Assembly (NCBI RefSeq): GCF_006345805.1
Contig: NC_043004.1
Location: forward strand, 8,308,001-8,372,000
Reading direction: 5' to 3'
DNA: 64,000 nt
Source: Octopus sinensis
Taxonomy: Eukaryota
Shown: positions 1 through 13,409 of the stretch, piece by piece
Layout: the number at the start of each line of letters is the position of its first letter
How positions within the stretch are numbered: the stretch's first letter is position 1
Made by a program: the position numbers and the translations under genes
The notes under the pieces: model-generated
What the model was told of the DNA's origin: nothing
Seen by the model: only the letters and a program-made list of their open reading frames with translations
Database searches by the model: none

Positions 1-213
1 AGAAGAAGAAGAAGAAGAAAGAAGAGAGAAAAAGAAGACGAAGAAGAAGAAGGAGGAGGAGAAGAAGAAGAAGAAAAAAGAAAAGAGAAGAAGAAAGAAG
101 AAAGAAGAAGCAGAAGAGGAGGAGGAGGAGAGAAGAAGAAGAAGAAGAAGAAGAAAAAGAAGAAGAAGAAGAAGAAGAAGAAGAAGAAGAAGAAGAAGAA
201 GAAGAAGAAGAAT
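1..213. repeat. (GAA)n/(GAG)n purine microsatellite
   Basis: Continuous GAA/GAG triplets from the window start. Confidence 0.97.
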
Positions 214-720
214 TAGTGAGATGGGATGAGAAGCTGTTCATGTCACATGACAACAATTCGGCGATATTTGAAATGTTCGTTGATTGATACTTAACAATTT
301 GACACACATTTACATCAACGCCTTCAATAATCAGACGTGAGATTTGTTGCCTGCGAACATTTGAAATGGTTCTTGTTATGTTATTCTATCTTTCAAACTC
401 CAAAACACAGTGAGTAGCAAACATCCATTAAACACACACGAGATACAGAAGTGAACTCCATGAATAAATAAATATTAAATATATTTCCAACAATCATTTC
501 GATGTTTGTCTTTCTACTCTGCTGTTTCTTCGATGTTTTTTTTTTTTGTTTGGTTTCTTATGTGTATTCTTCTTATTTTGATTGACCAATGAGATCCTGA
601 CTAATTCAGAAATTCTTTTAGCAGAATATTTTTGTTTTGTGTTCTTCTGTTAATGACAGGTAATCACATAAAGGTGTAGATTGATGGCTTTCATTAGGTG
701 TTAATATAACTGAACTCCAG

Positions 721-1119
721 GGCGGCGAGCTGGCAGAAACGTTAGCACGCCGGGCGAAATGCTTTGCGGTATTTCGTCTGCCGCTACGTTCTGAGTTCAT
801 ATTTCGCCGAGGTCAACTTTGCCTTTCATCCTTTTGGGGACGACTAAATAAGTACCAGTTACGCACTGGGGTCGATATAATCGACTTAATCTGTTTGTCT
901 GTCCTTGTTTGTCCCCTCTGTGTTTAGCCCCTTGTGGGTAGTAAAGAAATAGGCATTTCGTCTGTCTTTACGCTCTGAGTTCAAATTCCGCAGAGGTCAA
1001 CTTTGCCTTTCATCCTTTCGGGGTTGATAAATTAAATACCAGTTGCGTACTGGGGTCGATTTAATCGGCTGGTCCCTCCCCTCGGAATTTCGAGCCTTGT
1101 GCCTAGAGTAGAAAAGAAT
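721..1119 (+). mobile_element. tRNA-derived SINE family A (GGCGGCGAGCTGGCAGAA head), body duplicated in tandem
   Basis: Head ggcggcgagctggcagaaacgttagc, B-box-like gagttcaaattcc, body repeated twice, tail gtgcctagagtagaaaagaat. Near-identical copies at 23622, 27233, 50900, 55562. Imperfect TSD atata(a)ctgaactc on both sides. Confidence 0.9.
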
Positions 1120-2300
1120 ATATCTGAACTCAGCAACTCCCTACACGATTCTATGACGGAGGATTTTCATGCGAGTTCGACTTTCTAAGAGCAACAACCG
1201 AATCTCACCCTCTCGTCTAAAAAGAGAAACAAAAATTACGATGCATTTGATAACGAAGTCCCAGTTATACTATTGCTGGAATCAGACAATATGGTCATAG
1301 CTTCAATGCCTAAACATCCTCTGATCCCATGTCTGTTCGATTAGGGTTGATCTGGTACTCAACAACATCAAGAATCCAATACGAGGAGAAAATCATACCA
1401 CCTTCGGTCGTCATTAGAAAAAAATGTCGGGGTGATATAGTGCAAAGCAGAGTATGAGAAAACATACGCACGTAAAATGTGGAAAGGTCACGGATGGAAT
1501 GTCGGCTGAGGATAACTGGGGGTTAAACAACAACATAATTTTACAATAAAAAATAAATTTGCTTTTTCATGGCTGAATTTTATTGTAGTAGATAAAATAT
1601 TAAATATTCATTTTTTGGAGCTAGATTCTTTGATTTTTTCATTATATATTTTGAGGCAACAGGAGATAGTAAGTGCTGGATTAATCAAATATATCGCTAA
1701 ATTCTGTGACAAAACAAAATTCCCTTATAAATCCCTGTCAATAAAATTTGCCCGTTTTCCTTTTAAATTGAAATAGGCCCATATAAACTGAAAACAAAAC
1801 AAAAATGCTCTTCTTTTGCAGCCAGAATCTGTTAGTAAGAACGAATAAGAGACGGAAAATATCACAGCAAAATGATGGGTTATTTTACTGCGATTTATAA
1901 AATTGTAACTGAGAAGAGTGATACAAGCAATCGGTGAAGTTCAAGACTAATCCAATTCAACGCAATGGCGTTCATTGCATTTTTCATCTGAAATAAGATG
2001 TCGTCAATTTATGGTTGCTACCACTTACTTGAAAGTCTCAGACATCACTGAAGACCGTGCTGTATTCTGTTATCAAGGCTGTCATGTTTATCTACTTACT
2101 TCTACCGAATGAGTGCAGTCTGGGTGGAAGATAACCTTTCCGCCATTGGTTGTTGTTATTGTTGTTGTTGATGTTGTTGTTGTTGTTCTTCTTCTTGAGT
2201 TAAATGTCTTGTACGTCATGATTAATAGCATTTTAGTATTTTTGCCAAATAGTGTACGCACACACACACACACACACACACAACACAACACAAACGCACT

Positions 2301-2335
<35 letters not shown>

Positions 2336-2367
2336 GTGTGTGTATGTGTGTGTGTCAATGTGTGTAC

Positions 2368-2421
<54 letters not shown>

Positions 2422-2602
2422 GTATATAAGATAAGTATGTAAGCTCCTCGTGCGCTTGATTTGCGTGATATTTCTCAGTTGTTTACGCCGTTCCATATTT
2501 ATATTACAGACAAATGTCGAACCTCGAAATATCGTAATTGACTGTGAATTGTTTGTCGGAATATGTTGCATGCAGCGAGTGTCTCCCTCCCCACCTCATG
2601 CG

Positions 2603-2635
<33 letters not shown>

Positions 2636-2849
2636 TGAAGAAGTGTTATTAATTATCCGCAATTTATCTTCACCACCGTATCTCCAGCCGATCACTCTTA
2701 TCCTCTCTTCTAAAATGTGTGTAGTCACGTCGCTTTTCTGAGACAAGAAACCCGGTATAATAAAGCAGATTTCTCTGGGGCTCGTCGTATTGCATGGCAA
2801 GATGTGCCACTAACACTAATGCTGCGAAAAAAGCCTGCAGCACATTATG

Positions 2850-3023
2850 TAAAGGGGTTGGTGTTACAAAGGGCATCCAGCCGAAGGAATCATACCAAAA
2901 CAAATACTAGAGTACGATGCAGTACTTTGAACTCCTCGGATCCAGTCAAACTGTCTTACTCATGCCAGCATGGAACATGGACCAGCCTGGCCCAGCAAGG
3001 AACATGATGATGATGATGATGAT
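2850..3023 (+). mobile_element. 3' part of a Nin-domain-like SINE with (TGA)n tail
   Basis: ggggttggtgttacaaagggcatccagccg motif resembles the Nin core; ends ...catgccagcatggaac...(tga)n. Confidence 0.65.
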
Positions 3024-3162
3024 ATCTCATTACCAATGACGATTCCCGTATCTCCGTAACTACAGAGGCTAGAAAGCTCATTGGAAGATTTCCATCGAAT
3101 TTTGTTTGAGCAATTCCGGGAATTGTTTTGCGACGCTTACACCATAAAGCTTACACACACGC

Positions 3163-3233
<71 letters not shown>

Positions 3234-4117
3234 CACACACACACATTTATGCATATATTTGTGTGTGTATTTATGCATATACTTATGTTTCTGTGTGTGT
3301 TATATATATATATACATATATACATAATTAAAGATGTATATGCGTATGTATATATATTTATGTATATAAATCGTATGTATGCATAAGTATACACACATAC
3401 ACACACACACACACACGCATATATATATATATGTCGGTACCACGCATATATACATATATAAATATAATACATAAGCACACACACTCCCATATACTTTTGA
3501 AATAAGTATATTCATTGTTATTATTGTTTCTATTTTCTTTTGGAAGCTGTTCGTGATTAAGAAACCGTAGTTGAAAATTTGTGGTCTGCAATCCTACAAA
3601 GTTTACAGTTTCCCTCAAATAACATCATCTCTCTCATTTGGGAATAACTGTCATTTCTAGAAAACTGTGCAACATATCAGAGATACTTTAATAATAGACC
3701 CAAAACTGAAACGTGAATAGAAGCCATATTTGTCAGGAGTAGGGTCATGTATCCTCATCCCTAAAATTAGGTCTGAATATTACTAATGATAATTTACGAA
3801 ATGTGTGTAAAACTTGAGTAGAGCCATGGAGCCAAATATGGCTGCCTGTCTTTTATTTGTTACTAAGTCTATGTCGTTTTGACAGCACAGTTTGTTTTTT
3901 GAGACTTTGTCAGAGGAGTATAGAAAAAATCCGTGATTTTATGAGGGTTTTTGAGACGAGGAAGGAAAAGGAATCAGCCACAACTCCCAGGTTGGTTCAG
4001 TAGGAAGCTTTACAGCTAGGAGACGGTTTATTGTCTAACCTGGGATTTGGTCTCTATAACTGCTAATGACAACCACAGGTAAACAACAGTCTGAGTCAAT
4101 ATATACATTTATTGTAA

Positions 4118-4277
4118 GGCGGCGAGCTGGCAGAATCGTTCGGGCGCTGGACGAAATGCTTAGCAGTATTTCTCTGAGGTCGACTTTGCCTTTCATCTTT
4201 TCGGGGTCAATAAACTGAGTACCAGTTGCATACTGAGGTCGATCTATTCGGGCCTTGTGCATAGAGTAGAAAAGAAT
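4118..4277 (+). mobile_element. SINE family A, internally deleted
   Basis: Same head and tail as 721-1119 with the middle missing. Confidence 0.85.
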
Positions 4278-4296
4278 ATATACATTTACTGTATAG

Positions 4297-4578
4297 TGAA
4301 GGCGCGTGGTTTAGTGGTTAGGGTAGTCGGCTCACGATCGAAAGATCGCGTGTTCGATTCCCGGCGATGCGTTGTGTCTTTGATCAAGACACTTTATTTC
4401 ACGTTACTCCAGTCCACTCAGCTGGCAAAAGGAAGTATGCCTGTACTTTAAAGGGGACAGTGTTGTCACATTCTATGTCACGCTAAATCCCCCTGAGAGT
4501 TACGTTAATCTCACGAGCAGGCTGTTCTGTTGATCGGATCAACTGGAACACGCGTAGTCGTAAGAAGATTAAAGGAAC
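4297..4578 (+). mobile_element. tRNA-derived SINE family C
   Basis: A box tggtttagtggttagg, B box gttcgattccc, core gtgtctttgatcaagacactttatttcacg; homologous to 13162-13406. Confidence 0.85.
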
Positions 4579-5361
4579 GAGTTATCTGTTTATCCGTGTT
4601 GCTTTCTGTCTTCTAGTCCACTAATCCTCCATCTCTCTTGCCGCGAGACTTTTCTAGAAGGATGCTTTCAATGTAGATTGTTCTATGGAAAGAACCAAAG
4701 ATAAAGACAGGCTTGGCTTAGAGGCAGCGAGAAATCATTTGGGCGCTGGGATCAAAAATGACGTCTCGTTTTCGATTCGAGTTGAGGTCAGCCAACTTAC
4801 GCATAACTCTGACAATCTACTTCACGACTCTTTCAGTCACAAATCATTCAATCACTTCAAATTTATTTTTCGAAAATCTCACCACTTTAGTCCATAGCGA
4901 AAAAAAAAAAAACAATCGTAAATATAGATAATATTTTATACAATTATCAATAAACAGTCATCATAAAAATATCGAGTTGTCAAATAAATTGACTATCTTC
5001 CCCCATTCATTTCAATCATTTCCGCTGTTATTTGAATTGACTCGAAAAATATTTATTCGTATTGTTTCATGTTATTTTTTTTTTAGCTCTAATCTTCTAC
5101 AGCATTTCTTTATCGCTTTTGAAATTTTAATAGATTTTACCTCTTTGCAAACATATTACACTGGAATGCCAAACTGGAAAGAAAAAAAAGAAATGGATTT
5201 CTTTAACCCAATAGAAATAGGAAACCATGAACGATTTTACGAATATTGAAGATGGAAATGACACAGACCAGACACTGGATGGAAAACAAAATTTCAAAGC
5301 TAGGATCGAAACTTCACTGCAGCCGGAGAACAGATGATAAAACCCACTTTTTATTAAAATA

Positions 5362-5567
5362 CAGTAACTCCTCGCCATATCACGGTTCACCTATCGAGTA
5401 CTCAGTACATTGTGGATTTTTCTGGCTAATACATGTAAATTTACATCGTGGACTCCTCAGTATTTTGCGGGTTTCTGCGGTCGATAGGTATTTATATTTT
5501 TTTAGATTTTAATTATTTCTGTGGAAGGTTTTGGAACATAACGCCCGCCATAGTCGAGGGATTACTC
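5362..5567. mobile_element. pogo/Tigger-like MITE (copy 1)
   Basis: TA then cagtaactcctcgccatatc...atagtcgagggattact imperfect TIRs; both ends match 63658-63890 in opposite orientation. Confidence 0.7.
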
Positions 5568-6246
5568 CATCGCGTTATAATTGGATGTGTTTCATGGTTA
5601 ATTTTTAGAAAAGTGGTCTTTGCCTGGGTACGGCTGGTACATTCTCAGTACTGACAACCTCAACAGCATTGATAACTTAGAAACCAGCTCTAAGATTATT
5701 GTGTATAACCTTTAGCCAGCAGTGTTGTGACACTTCATATAATCATGAAATTTGATATTGTTTAACGATGGGAGATGATAAGGCGTGATAGCGATGTTCC
5801 ATAAACGATGAAACGTGGAGAAAAAACTGCTCAAGATCGAAAAAGAAAACAAATAGTGAATATTAGTTTTTAGGTAAAATCGAGGGCGGCTGTAATTAAG
5901 AATGGTGGAATGCTGAGACGAAGTTAAGTACTATAAGAAGCAGAGCTGGTTAGTCAGAGGCGATGGTGACGGTTTCCATATTGATTGGCGCCAGTCGCAG
6001 ATTGGTAGATCCTGTGTGGATGAAATTCTGTTGGTTGGAATGTGAACGTCTGTGACTGGTTGTTCGACTTGCTAAGAAATAGTATCTAAATTTCCTTCAA
6101 AGAGCAACCTACTTTCAATGAAGGAAACAGTAGTTAATGCAGTCTTAGACGTTCTCCGAGAGAGAGAGACGGGGGCGACAACCAATGAAATCTGTTTAGG
6201 CATAGGATCACAGATCTGCACAGTCACAACAGAAATTAGATAAATC

Positions 6247-6620
6247 TCCTCCTCCTCCCCTTCCCCTCCCCTCGTCCTCCTCCTCGTCCTCCTCCTCGTC
6301 GTCGTCATCGTCGCCTTCGTCACATTTTTGTCATCACCAGCACGACGACGACGGCGATGATGACGACGACGACGACGACCACCACCACCACCACCAACAT
6401 CACCACGAACACCACCACCACCTCCACCACCACTACCAACACCACCAACATCACCACTACCACATCCACCACCACCTCCACCACTACTACCAACACCACC
6501 AACATCACCACCTCCACCACCACCACCTCCACCACAACCACCACTACCACCATCACCTCTACTAACGTCACCAACAACATTGTCATCATTACCATCATCG
6601 CCACCGACATCACCATCACA
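6247..6620. repeat. Compound (CCT)/(CGT)/(ACG)/(ACC)n trinucleotide array
   Basis: Degenerate triplet array producing spurious poly-Thr and poly-Val ORFs. Confidence 0.92.
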
Positions 6621-7049
6621 GATCAGAACAATGAGAGAATAAAGATATTTATATTCTGTTTATGTTTCCAGAAATATAATGGTTGCAAATGCTTCCAGCG
6701 TTGCTCTCTACGGACATGTCGGTAAAAACGTTTCTCCAAATTATAAGTTGAGTCCAGCGTCAGCCAAATGATGTTGACTCTAGAATCCTTTCTCATTTGG
6801 TTGGGTGTTGTAGAAGAAATTTTTGAAGAAGCTCGGTGGCTAAAATTTATTTACGTCAATTCTATCAAATAACTTGTTTAAATAGTTACTTAGTGGAACT
6901 GACGTAATCCGAGTAAATTTATGCAGAGAGGTAAAGTGAAGCAGCGTAAAAGACAGCAGCATCATTTCCGCTTTCTTCATTGCAACCACCTCCGCTCATG
7001 TGGGGCAGCTAAATAACAATTTACGTTACATGTAAACATTTAGTTTAGT

Positions 7050-7780
7050 GGGGAGGGTCCTGAGAAGTTCCTCGTCTTGGGTAAAAGAAAATAAGGGAGA
7101 ATCAGTTAATCTATGATTTTATTCAATACTAGCAGTATCGCCCGGCGTTGCTCGGGTTTGTAAGGGAAATAACTATATAAGCATTTTTAGAGAGTTACTT
7201 CCCTTATAGATGCCAATTCAGGCTTTCTTAGCCATTTCTGTTTTGGTGTCTTCAAGCCATGAAGTCGTTGTTCTAAAAGAACGTTGGTCTCCTTGACAAC
7301 GCTTTACGACGTTGATTTCCTTACACTCCCTTCCCCACAGCTTCACGAGGGAGGGAAGAAGGGGGAGTAGCAAACAGGTGCAGGTGTGACCATGGACGCC
7401 AACTCCACCGCCATCGATACACGAAAAATTATGCATTAAAATGGAATAAAAAATGATGTTAAATTATTTTTAAAATCGTAGACTCATCGTAGACGCGCGC
7501 TAATACTCAGACGGGCTCGATATGAATCACGACTATAAGATACCCGAATTTGGTTAAACTGCACCGCAAAATGTGGGAGTAGTTAGGAATCTAAATCGAA
7601 GGGGACAGACACTCACACAACTACAGTTTTATATATATAGATATTCCCGTCTCAGATTCATACACTTATTGCAGTAGTCCTTCAATTTTTCTAAGCCCTG
7701 TAAAAGAACTCGGAAGGTTGGACCTCCGACCAAGCCTTTTGGGATACCCTTAAAGCCAAGAACTTTTCAGCAGCCCCTCG
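7050..7780. mobile_element. mariner-type MITE split by a Helitron-like insertion
   Basis: Ends gagggtcctgagaagttcct (7052) and aacttttcagcagcccctcg (7761-7780) are imperfect TIRs; halves are 7050-7127 and 7643-7780. Confidence 0.7.
7128..7642 (+). mobile_element. Non-autonomous Helitron-like element
   Basis: 5' end actagcagtatcgcccggcgttgctcggg (small hairpin), 3' end tatatatatagat, no TSD; inserted inside a MITE. Termini resemble Lep1-type Helitrons. Confidence 0.6.
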
Positions 7781-8246
7781 AAGGTGCGGGTAGGTATATT
7801 CATACCGGACGACGTCAGTTGCAAAATAAGCAAACAAATAAATAAAAGATAGAACTTGAAAACCGAAATTTTCTATAACCGTCATAAATGATACATTTAA
7901 AAAAACCAACAAGAGTGTCACTAAACGGTCACCCAAACTTTTAGAAATAGCAGCTAAATTCTCCCTCGAGTCAAACCGAACGGCCTAAAGTAAGAGTGAT
8001 ACGTGTAATTCTCCAAAATGACGTCAAGCTTAGGTTGGAACATTTCAATGGAGATTGAGTTCGAAGGAAATAGCAAGACTTATCACCATTGTCAGTTTAA
8101 AGGTTGAAGATTCTTTTACTATTTTTGCGGTTATCAATATAGATGAGTAAATGTGAAGTGCAGCTGAACTAGGTGGTATTTATACTAACGACAGCCAGAA
8201 AACCGAAATAGATAGGCTACACATACGTACATAAATACATACATAC

Positions 8247-9666
8247 ATTGTATTGTATTGGCATCCTTTCTGTCTCGGGAGACAATGGAGTTGCGCATGT
8301 TTTTTTTTGTTTTTGTTTTTTTTGTAGTCTAGTCCGGCTTTTATATTTCATGTCCTGATACATTTCCTGCTGTGGCTGTGTAGTCCTATCCTGGACAAAC
8401 ACTCCCTCTGGCAGGTACCGCAAATGTAGCGAAGACTGTTCCTGGCTGGTTGTAGTGCCATAGTCTCTTGTTTACGTCTCTTCCTTTCTTTCCATTTCTC
8501 CTCTCTCTCTCTGTCACTCTTTTGTATTCCCTCTTTTACTGTACGTCGCCATTCTCCACGGTTGCCGGCAACTGCCTCCCAACCGCTAATATTGATGTTG
8601 CAAGCCTTCATATCCCTTTTGCAAACATTCCTGTAACGTAAGATCGGTCTACCCACAGACCTAGTACACCCAGCAAGCTCTCCGTAGAGTATGTCCTTGG
8701 GGATTCTGCCATCTTTCATACGGCTAACATGCCCAAGCCATCTCATACGTCTTTGTGTGAGGAGTGCAAACATGCTTGGTATTCCTGCTTGCCTGAGGAC
8801 ATCTTTGTTGGGGATATGATTCTGCCATTTGATGCGGAGGATTTTTCGGAGGCAGCGCAGGTGAAAGATGTTTAGGCGACGCTCTTGGCGTGTGTATAGC
8901 GTCCAGATCTCGCTTCCATACAGTAGAGTGCTGAGTACACATGCGTGGTAGATCTTCATTTTCGTGGTCTTGGTCAGCTTTTTGTTGTCCCAAGCCCGTT
9001 TGGAGAGTTGGGCCATCACAGCAGCTGCCTTGCCAATGCGTATATTGAGCTCAGCGTCAAGGGATAGGTTGTAGGTGACGGTAGAGCCCAGATAGGTAAA
9101 CTTCTCCACCTCTTGTAATCTGTGGTCTCCAATATGTATGTTGGGATGTCCGATGTAGCCTGGCCCATGATGTTGGTCTTCTTAAGGCTGATAGCTAAGC
9201 CAAAGTCGTTACATGCTTGCTCAAAACAGTTAATGAGCCTTTGGAGGGCTTCTTCTGTGTGTGTTACTAGAGCGGCATCATCAGCAAATAACATCTCCTT
9301 GATCAGGACGTTTCTGATTTTGGTCTTGGCACGCAAGCGCGAGAGATTGAACAGTTTCCCGTCACTTCTACTGTGCAGAAACACTCCATCATCTGATGTC
9401 TGAAAGGCATGTGAAAGTAAGAGTGAGAAGAAGATGCCAAACAATGTAGGAGCGAGGACACAGCCTTGCTTTACCCCGTTTTTTATTTGGAAGGCGGCTG
9501 ATGTTGAATCGTTGTGCTGTATGGTGCCTTGCATGTCATCATGGAAAGACTTGATGATCCTCAGCAGCTTTGGTGGACATCCGATTTTTTGGAGCAGGAG
9601 GAAGAGGCCTGTTCTGCTTACCGAGTCAAAAGCCTTTGTTAGATCAATGAAGGCCATATATAATGG
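8247..9666 (-). mobile_element. 5'-truncated RTE-clade LINE, young
   Basis: RT motifs LYMAFIDLTKAFDSV, GVKQGCVLAPTLF, MLFADD, FTYLGS; C-terminal CxxC..H...C; 3' UTR tccattgtctcccgagacagaaaggatgcc with (CAATA)n tail; (CATA)n on both flanks. Confidence 0.95.
8348..9666 (-). pseudogene. RTE reverse transcriptase, C-terminal ~440 aa, one frameshift near 9110-9130
   Basis: ORFs 9016-9681 and 8348-9109 join by a single frame change; no other stops. Confidence 0.93.
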
Positions 9667-9690
9667 CATACATACATACATACATACATA

Positions 9691-10150
9691 ACCGACTTTG
9701 TGGAGTTCACACTGAAGATATCATGTACATCATAAGCAGTTGTCCGAAAATGTCATCACGGAATTATCTACCGATGAGACATGGCGTTGCAGCTAGGACA
9801 CTCTATAATGAAATCCGTCACAAGGATAAACCCGTGGACAAAGAAATAAGAACCTGCAGTATGGTAGAAGCCATAGCTACTCATAATAAAAAGGAATGCT
9901 GGTGGAATGTGCCAGTGAAGACCTCAATAAAATGTACGCGCAATAAACCTGATATTTGGGATAGAAAAGAGTAACTGTGCACAATTGTGGAAATTAGCTG
10001 CCCAGCGGATGTTAACATAAAGCTGAAGATCAGTGAAAAAGAAAATATCTACACGGAACTATTGAGAAATCTTCAGTTACTCTATCCAGATTACACTTCA
10101 GGTTTATACCTGTCTTTATTGGGGCCCTGAGATATGTAACACACTTTCTG
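9691..10150 (+). mobile_element. Non-LTR retrotransposon remnant with restriction-like endonuclease (R4/Dong- or NeSL-like)
   Basis: RLCGVHTEDIMYIISSCP zinc-knuckle remnant, NKPDIW, then IVEISCPADVN..KISEKENIY (PD..D/E-xK RLE signature) after a stop. Confidence 0.85.
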
Positions 10151-10284
10151 TGGTATGTATCCTTATTTGCGCATGCGTTTGCGTCTGTATCTGTGTGTGT
10201 GTCCGCGCGCATGTGCATGTGTCTATATGTTTAATATGTGTTTTGTGTGCGTATATATGGATTTCCTTTCTACTTTGTTTATAC

Positions 10285-10325
<41 letters not shown>

Positions 10326-10603
10326 GAGAGAGACAGAAAGAGAGAGAAGGAGAGAGAGTGGGAAGGAAGAAAAGAGAGAGAGAGTTAGAGAGGGAATCGA
10401 TCGGTGTTTTATTTATTGACCCCATCACAATCCGGGGAATAGATTTTAGAGTTTACTTCCGCGAGTTTTGAATGGAGGGCATTGAGAGACGGAACGTGGA
10501 ACATAGAGTAACAAGTATTCTATTGAAGGTCGAAATCACAATTCCAACTAAGAGATTACATTTATTAGGCGCACAAACACACACACACATCTAGATATAT
10601 TCA

Positions 10604-10643
<40 letters not shown>

Positions 10644-10648
10644 TATAC

Positions 10649-10960
<312 letters not shown>

Positions 10961-11062
10961 TTACTTAAATTTTCCTCGAATGAGGCTTTTACATGCCGAA
11001 GACTACTTGGTGTAATTGATAATTATTCCAAATTAATTAATTTCACCCTTCATTATTACGGA

Positions 11063-11123
<61 letters not shown>

Positions 11124-11959
11124 TAATGTATATATATGTGTGTATTTATGTGCATTTATATTTTATGTTTAAATATACATGTATGTATATATGTATGTAT
11201 AAGCCCAAATATACTGTTATATTGTTATGCATTTATAAGTAATCATGTCACGCACACGTTCGCCCACACGTATGTATGTATGTATGTATGTATGTATGTA
11301 TGTATGTATGTATGTATGTATGTATGTATGTATGTATGTATGTATTATGTATGCATGCATACATGTATGTATGTATGTATGTGTGTATGCATGTACAGGA
11401 GAGTGTGTGTGGCTGTGCTGTTTCTGATGAAATGAAGGTACAAAGCCCGGCATGTTGTCCAACATTCCTATCTATTAGCCGCTCTTTATCTGCGTAATTT
11501 GTTCTCTCTTGTCTAACAAATGGTGAATGCCTTCTCTTGCTATTCATGGCATTGGCGTTTACTTAGAACTGCCAAATATCGGCGAAAAGAAGGAGAAAAT
11601 TAGCATAAATAATACAGCAAAATAGGCCGCTTAATGTTATACAGGGTCAAGAGACGACCTTTTAAAAGACATTTCATGAGAGTAAATTCCATTCGGCTGG
11701 AGTAAATGTTCCCTTTGCTTTGAGTTGTTTGTTTTGTAATTAAAACATGCCGAAAACTAAGATATTTCCGTTCCCGTTTAGTCTTCCTTGTTTGGCTGGT
11801 TTGTTTTTTCCTTCTCTTTGACACTTTCAACCTCCGCTGATTGAGATGACTACAGATGTTTCTGGATTTTTGCTCAGAAATGTTGAATTCTGGTTTTATG
11901 AGAAATGTCACAACAGAAAAAAATACGGAAATATTGATTTCTGAGTGACAACAACAGTA

Positions 11960-12157
11960 AACTGGCAGAATCGGTAACACGTCAGGAAAATTACTTAGCG
12001 GAATTTCTCGCAGCTCTTTACGTTCTGAGTTCAAATTCCGCTAAGGTCAATTTTACTTTTCACTCCTTCGAGGTCGATAAGATATATCAACAGTCAAGTA
12101 CTGGGTTCAATGTAATAAACTCGTGTCCTCCCCTCAAAAATTGATGGTTTTGAACCC
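11960..12157 (+). mobile_element. SINE family A, diverged
   Basis: aaactggcagaatcgg...ttctgagttcaaattccg... aligns to family A. Confidence 0.75.
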
Positions 12158-12496
12158 TGTAACGGACCAGCGCCCTGTTCAAGGGAACTTTGTGATCCCG
12201 GTCATTTACCAGACATACAAACCAGGTAACCGGCCGTGTCAGACCTTAGAAATCGAGAAAAAAAAAAGGAAAACTTAGTGACAAGCAAACATTTCTAGAG
12301 AAATGTGCGTCATATAGACGTGAGTATTGACCATTCCAGGACAAGATTCGAGCCTTGCTCCTGTGTATGCGGATGACTGCATGGGGAACCTAGATGTGGT
12401 ATGCATCCTTTATTCACTAGCGATAGTATAGGATGGCAACAGATTTCGGAATAAAACTAGGAAAAGGATAGGAGCTTGGCCAGGAATTTAGTGACA
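12158..12496 (+). mobile_element. Possible LTR
   Basis: TGTAAC...GTGACA termini, AATAAA about 45 nt before the end, followed by TGGTA. No TSD and no second copy in the window. Confidence 0.3.
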
Positions 12497-12891
12497 TGGT
12501 ATTGCATTCACCTCAGTATTTATTTGACTGATATTTCATTTTATCGGAAATAATGTTTAAAACTAAGTTGACTCTGACAGAATTTTTTATCAGAGAAGAA
12601 GAGTAAAGAGCCGTGACTAAACACTACGAGGCGTTTTGTTGCTCTAACGATTCTGCCAGCGACCGATTTCACGTTCGTAGTAAGAACGATGATGTTTATC
12701 GCATACATTTTTGTTTTAATCATTTGTAAATGTCTTGGTTTTATAATAAAGAAATTGTGATATTGATATCTAAAGTGAATCAATAAAATGAATTGTGAGT
12801 GAGAGCGGCGAAAGATGTATGCTTGCATGTGTATACTCATATGTACGTGTGTATGTGTGTGTGTGTTTGTACTCTCACACTCATGTATATA

Positions 12892-12929
<38 letters not shown>

Positions 12930-12958
12930 CGCGCGCGTGTGTGTGTGTGTGTGTGTGA

Positions 12959-12991
<33 letters not shown>

Positions 12992-13120
12992 AAGTTGTTC
13001 TTAGGGACTGAATTTCATTCCTGTCTCCAGATAGGAAAAGAAATGTGATTTCTCATTGGCTTCGAATGCTTCCAGCGGATCAGAACGAATTTACACTCTC
13101 CTTCAAATCCTGTGTCACCT

Positions 13121-13156
<36 letters not shown>

Positions 13157-13161
13157 CATAC

Positions 13162-13406
13162 TGAGGGCGCGTGGCTTAGTGGTTAGAGCATTCGGCTCAT
13201 GATCGTAAGGCTGTGAGTTCGATTCCCAGCGACGCGTTGTGTCCTTGAGCAAGACATTTTATTTCACGTTGCTCCAGTCCACTCACCTGGCAAAAATTAG
13301 TTGTACCAATAATTCAAAAGGGGTCAGTCTTGTCACACTCTGTGTCACGCTGAATCTCCCCGAGAACTACGTTATGGGTACACGTGTCTGTGGAGCGCTC
13401 AGCCAC
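13162..13406 (+). mobile_element. SINE family C, 3'-truncated by the next element
   Basis: A/B boxes and tgtccttgagcaagacattttatttcacg core; homology to 4297-4578 stops after agccac. Confidence 0.85.
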
Positions 13407-13409
13407 GGT

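Noticed and set aside
6357-6725. Mucin-like poly-Thr ORF and possible 50-nt exon 6672-6721
   Set aside because: Triplet microsatellite; the mini-exon has plausible sites but no linkable partner or recognisable product.
10972-11015. Hammerhead-like cgaatga-ggc..gcc-gaag
   Set aside because: Several core changes and no stem I or III.
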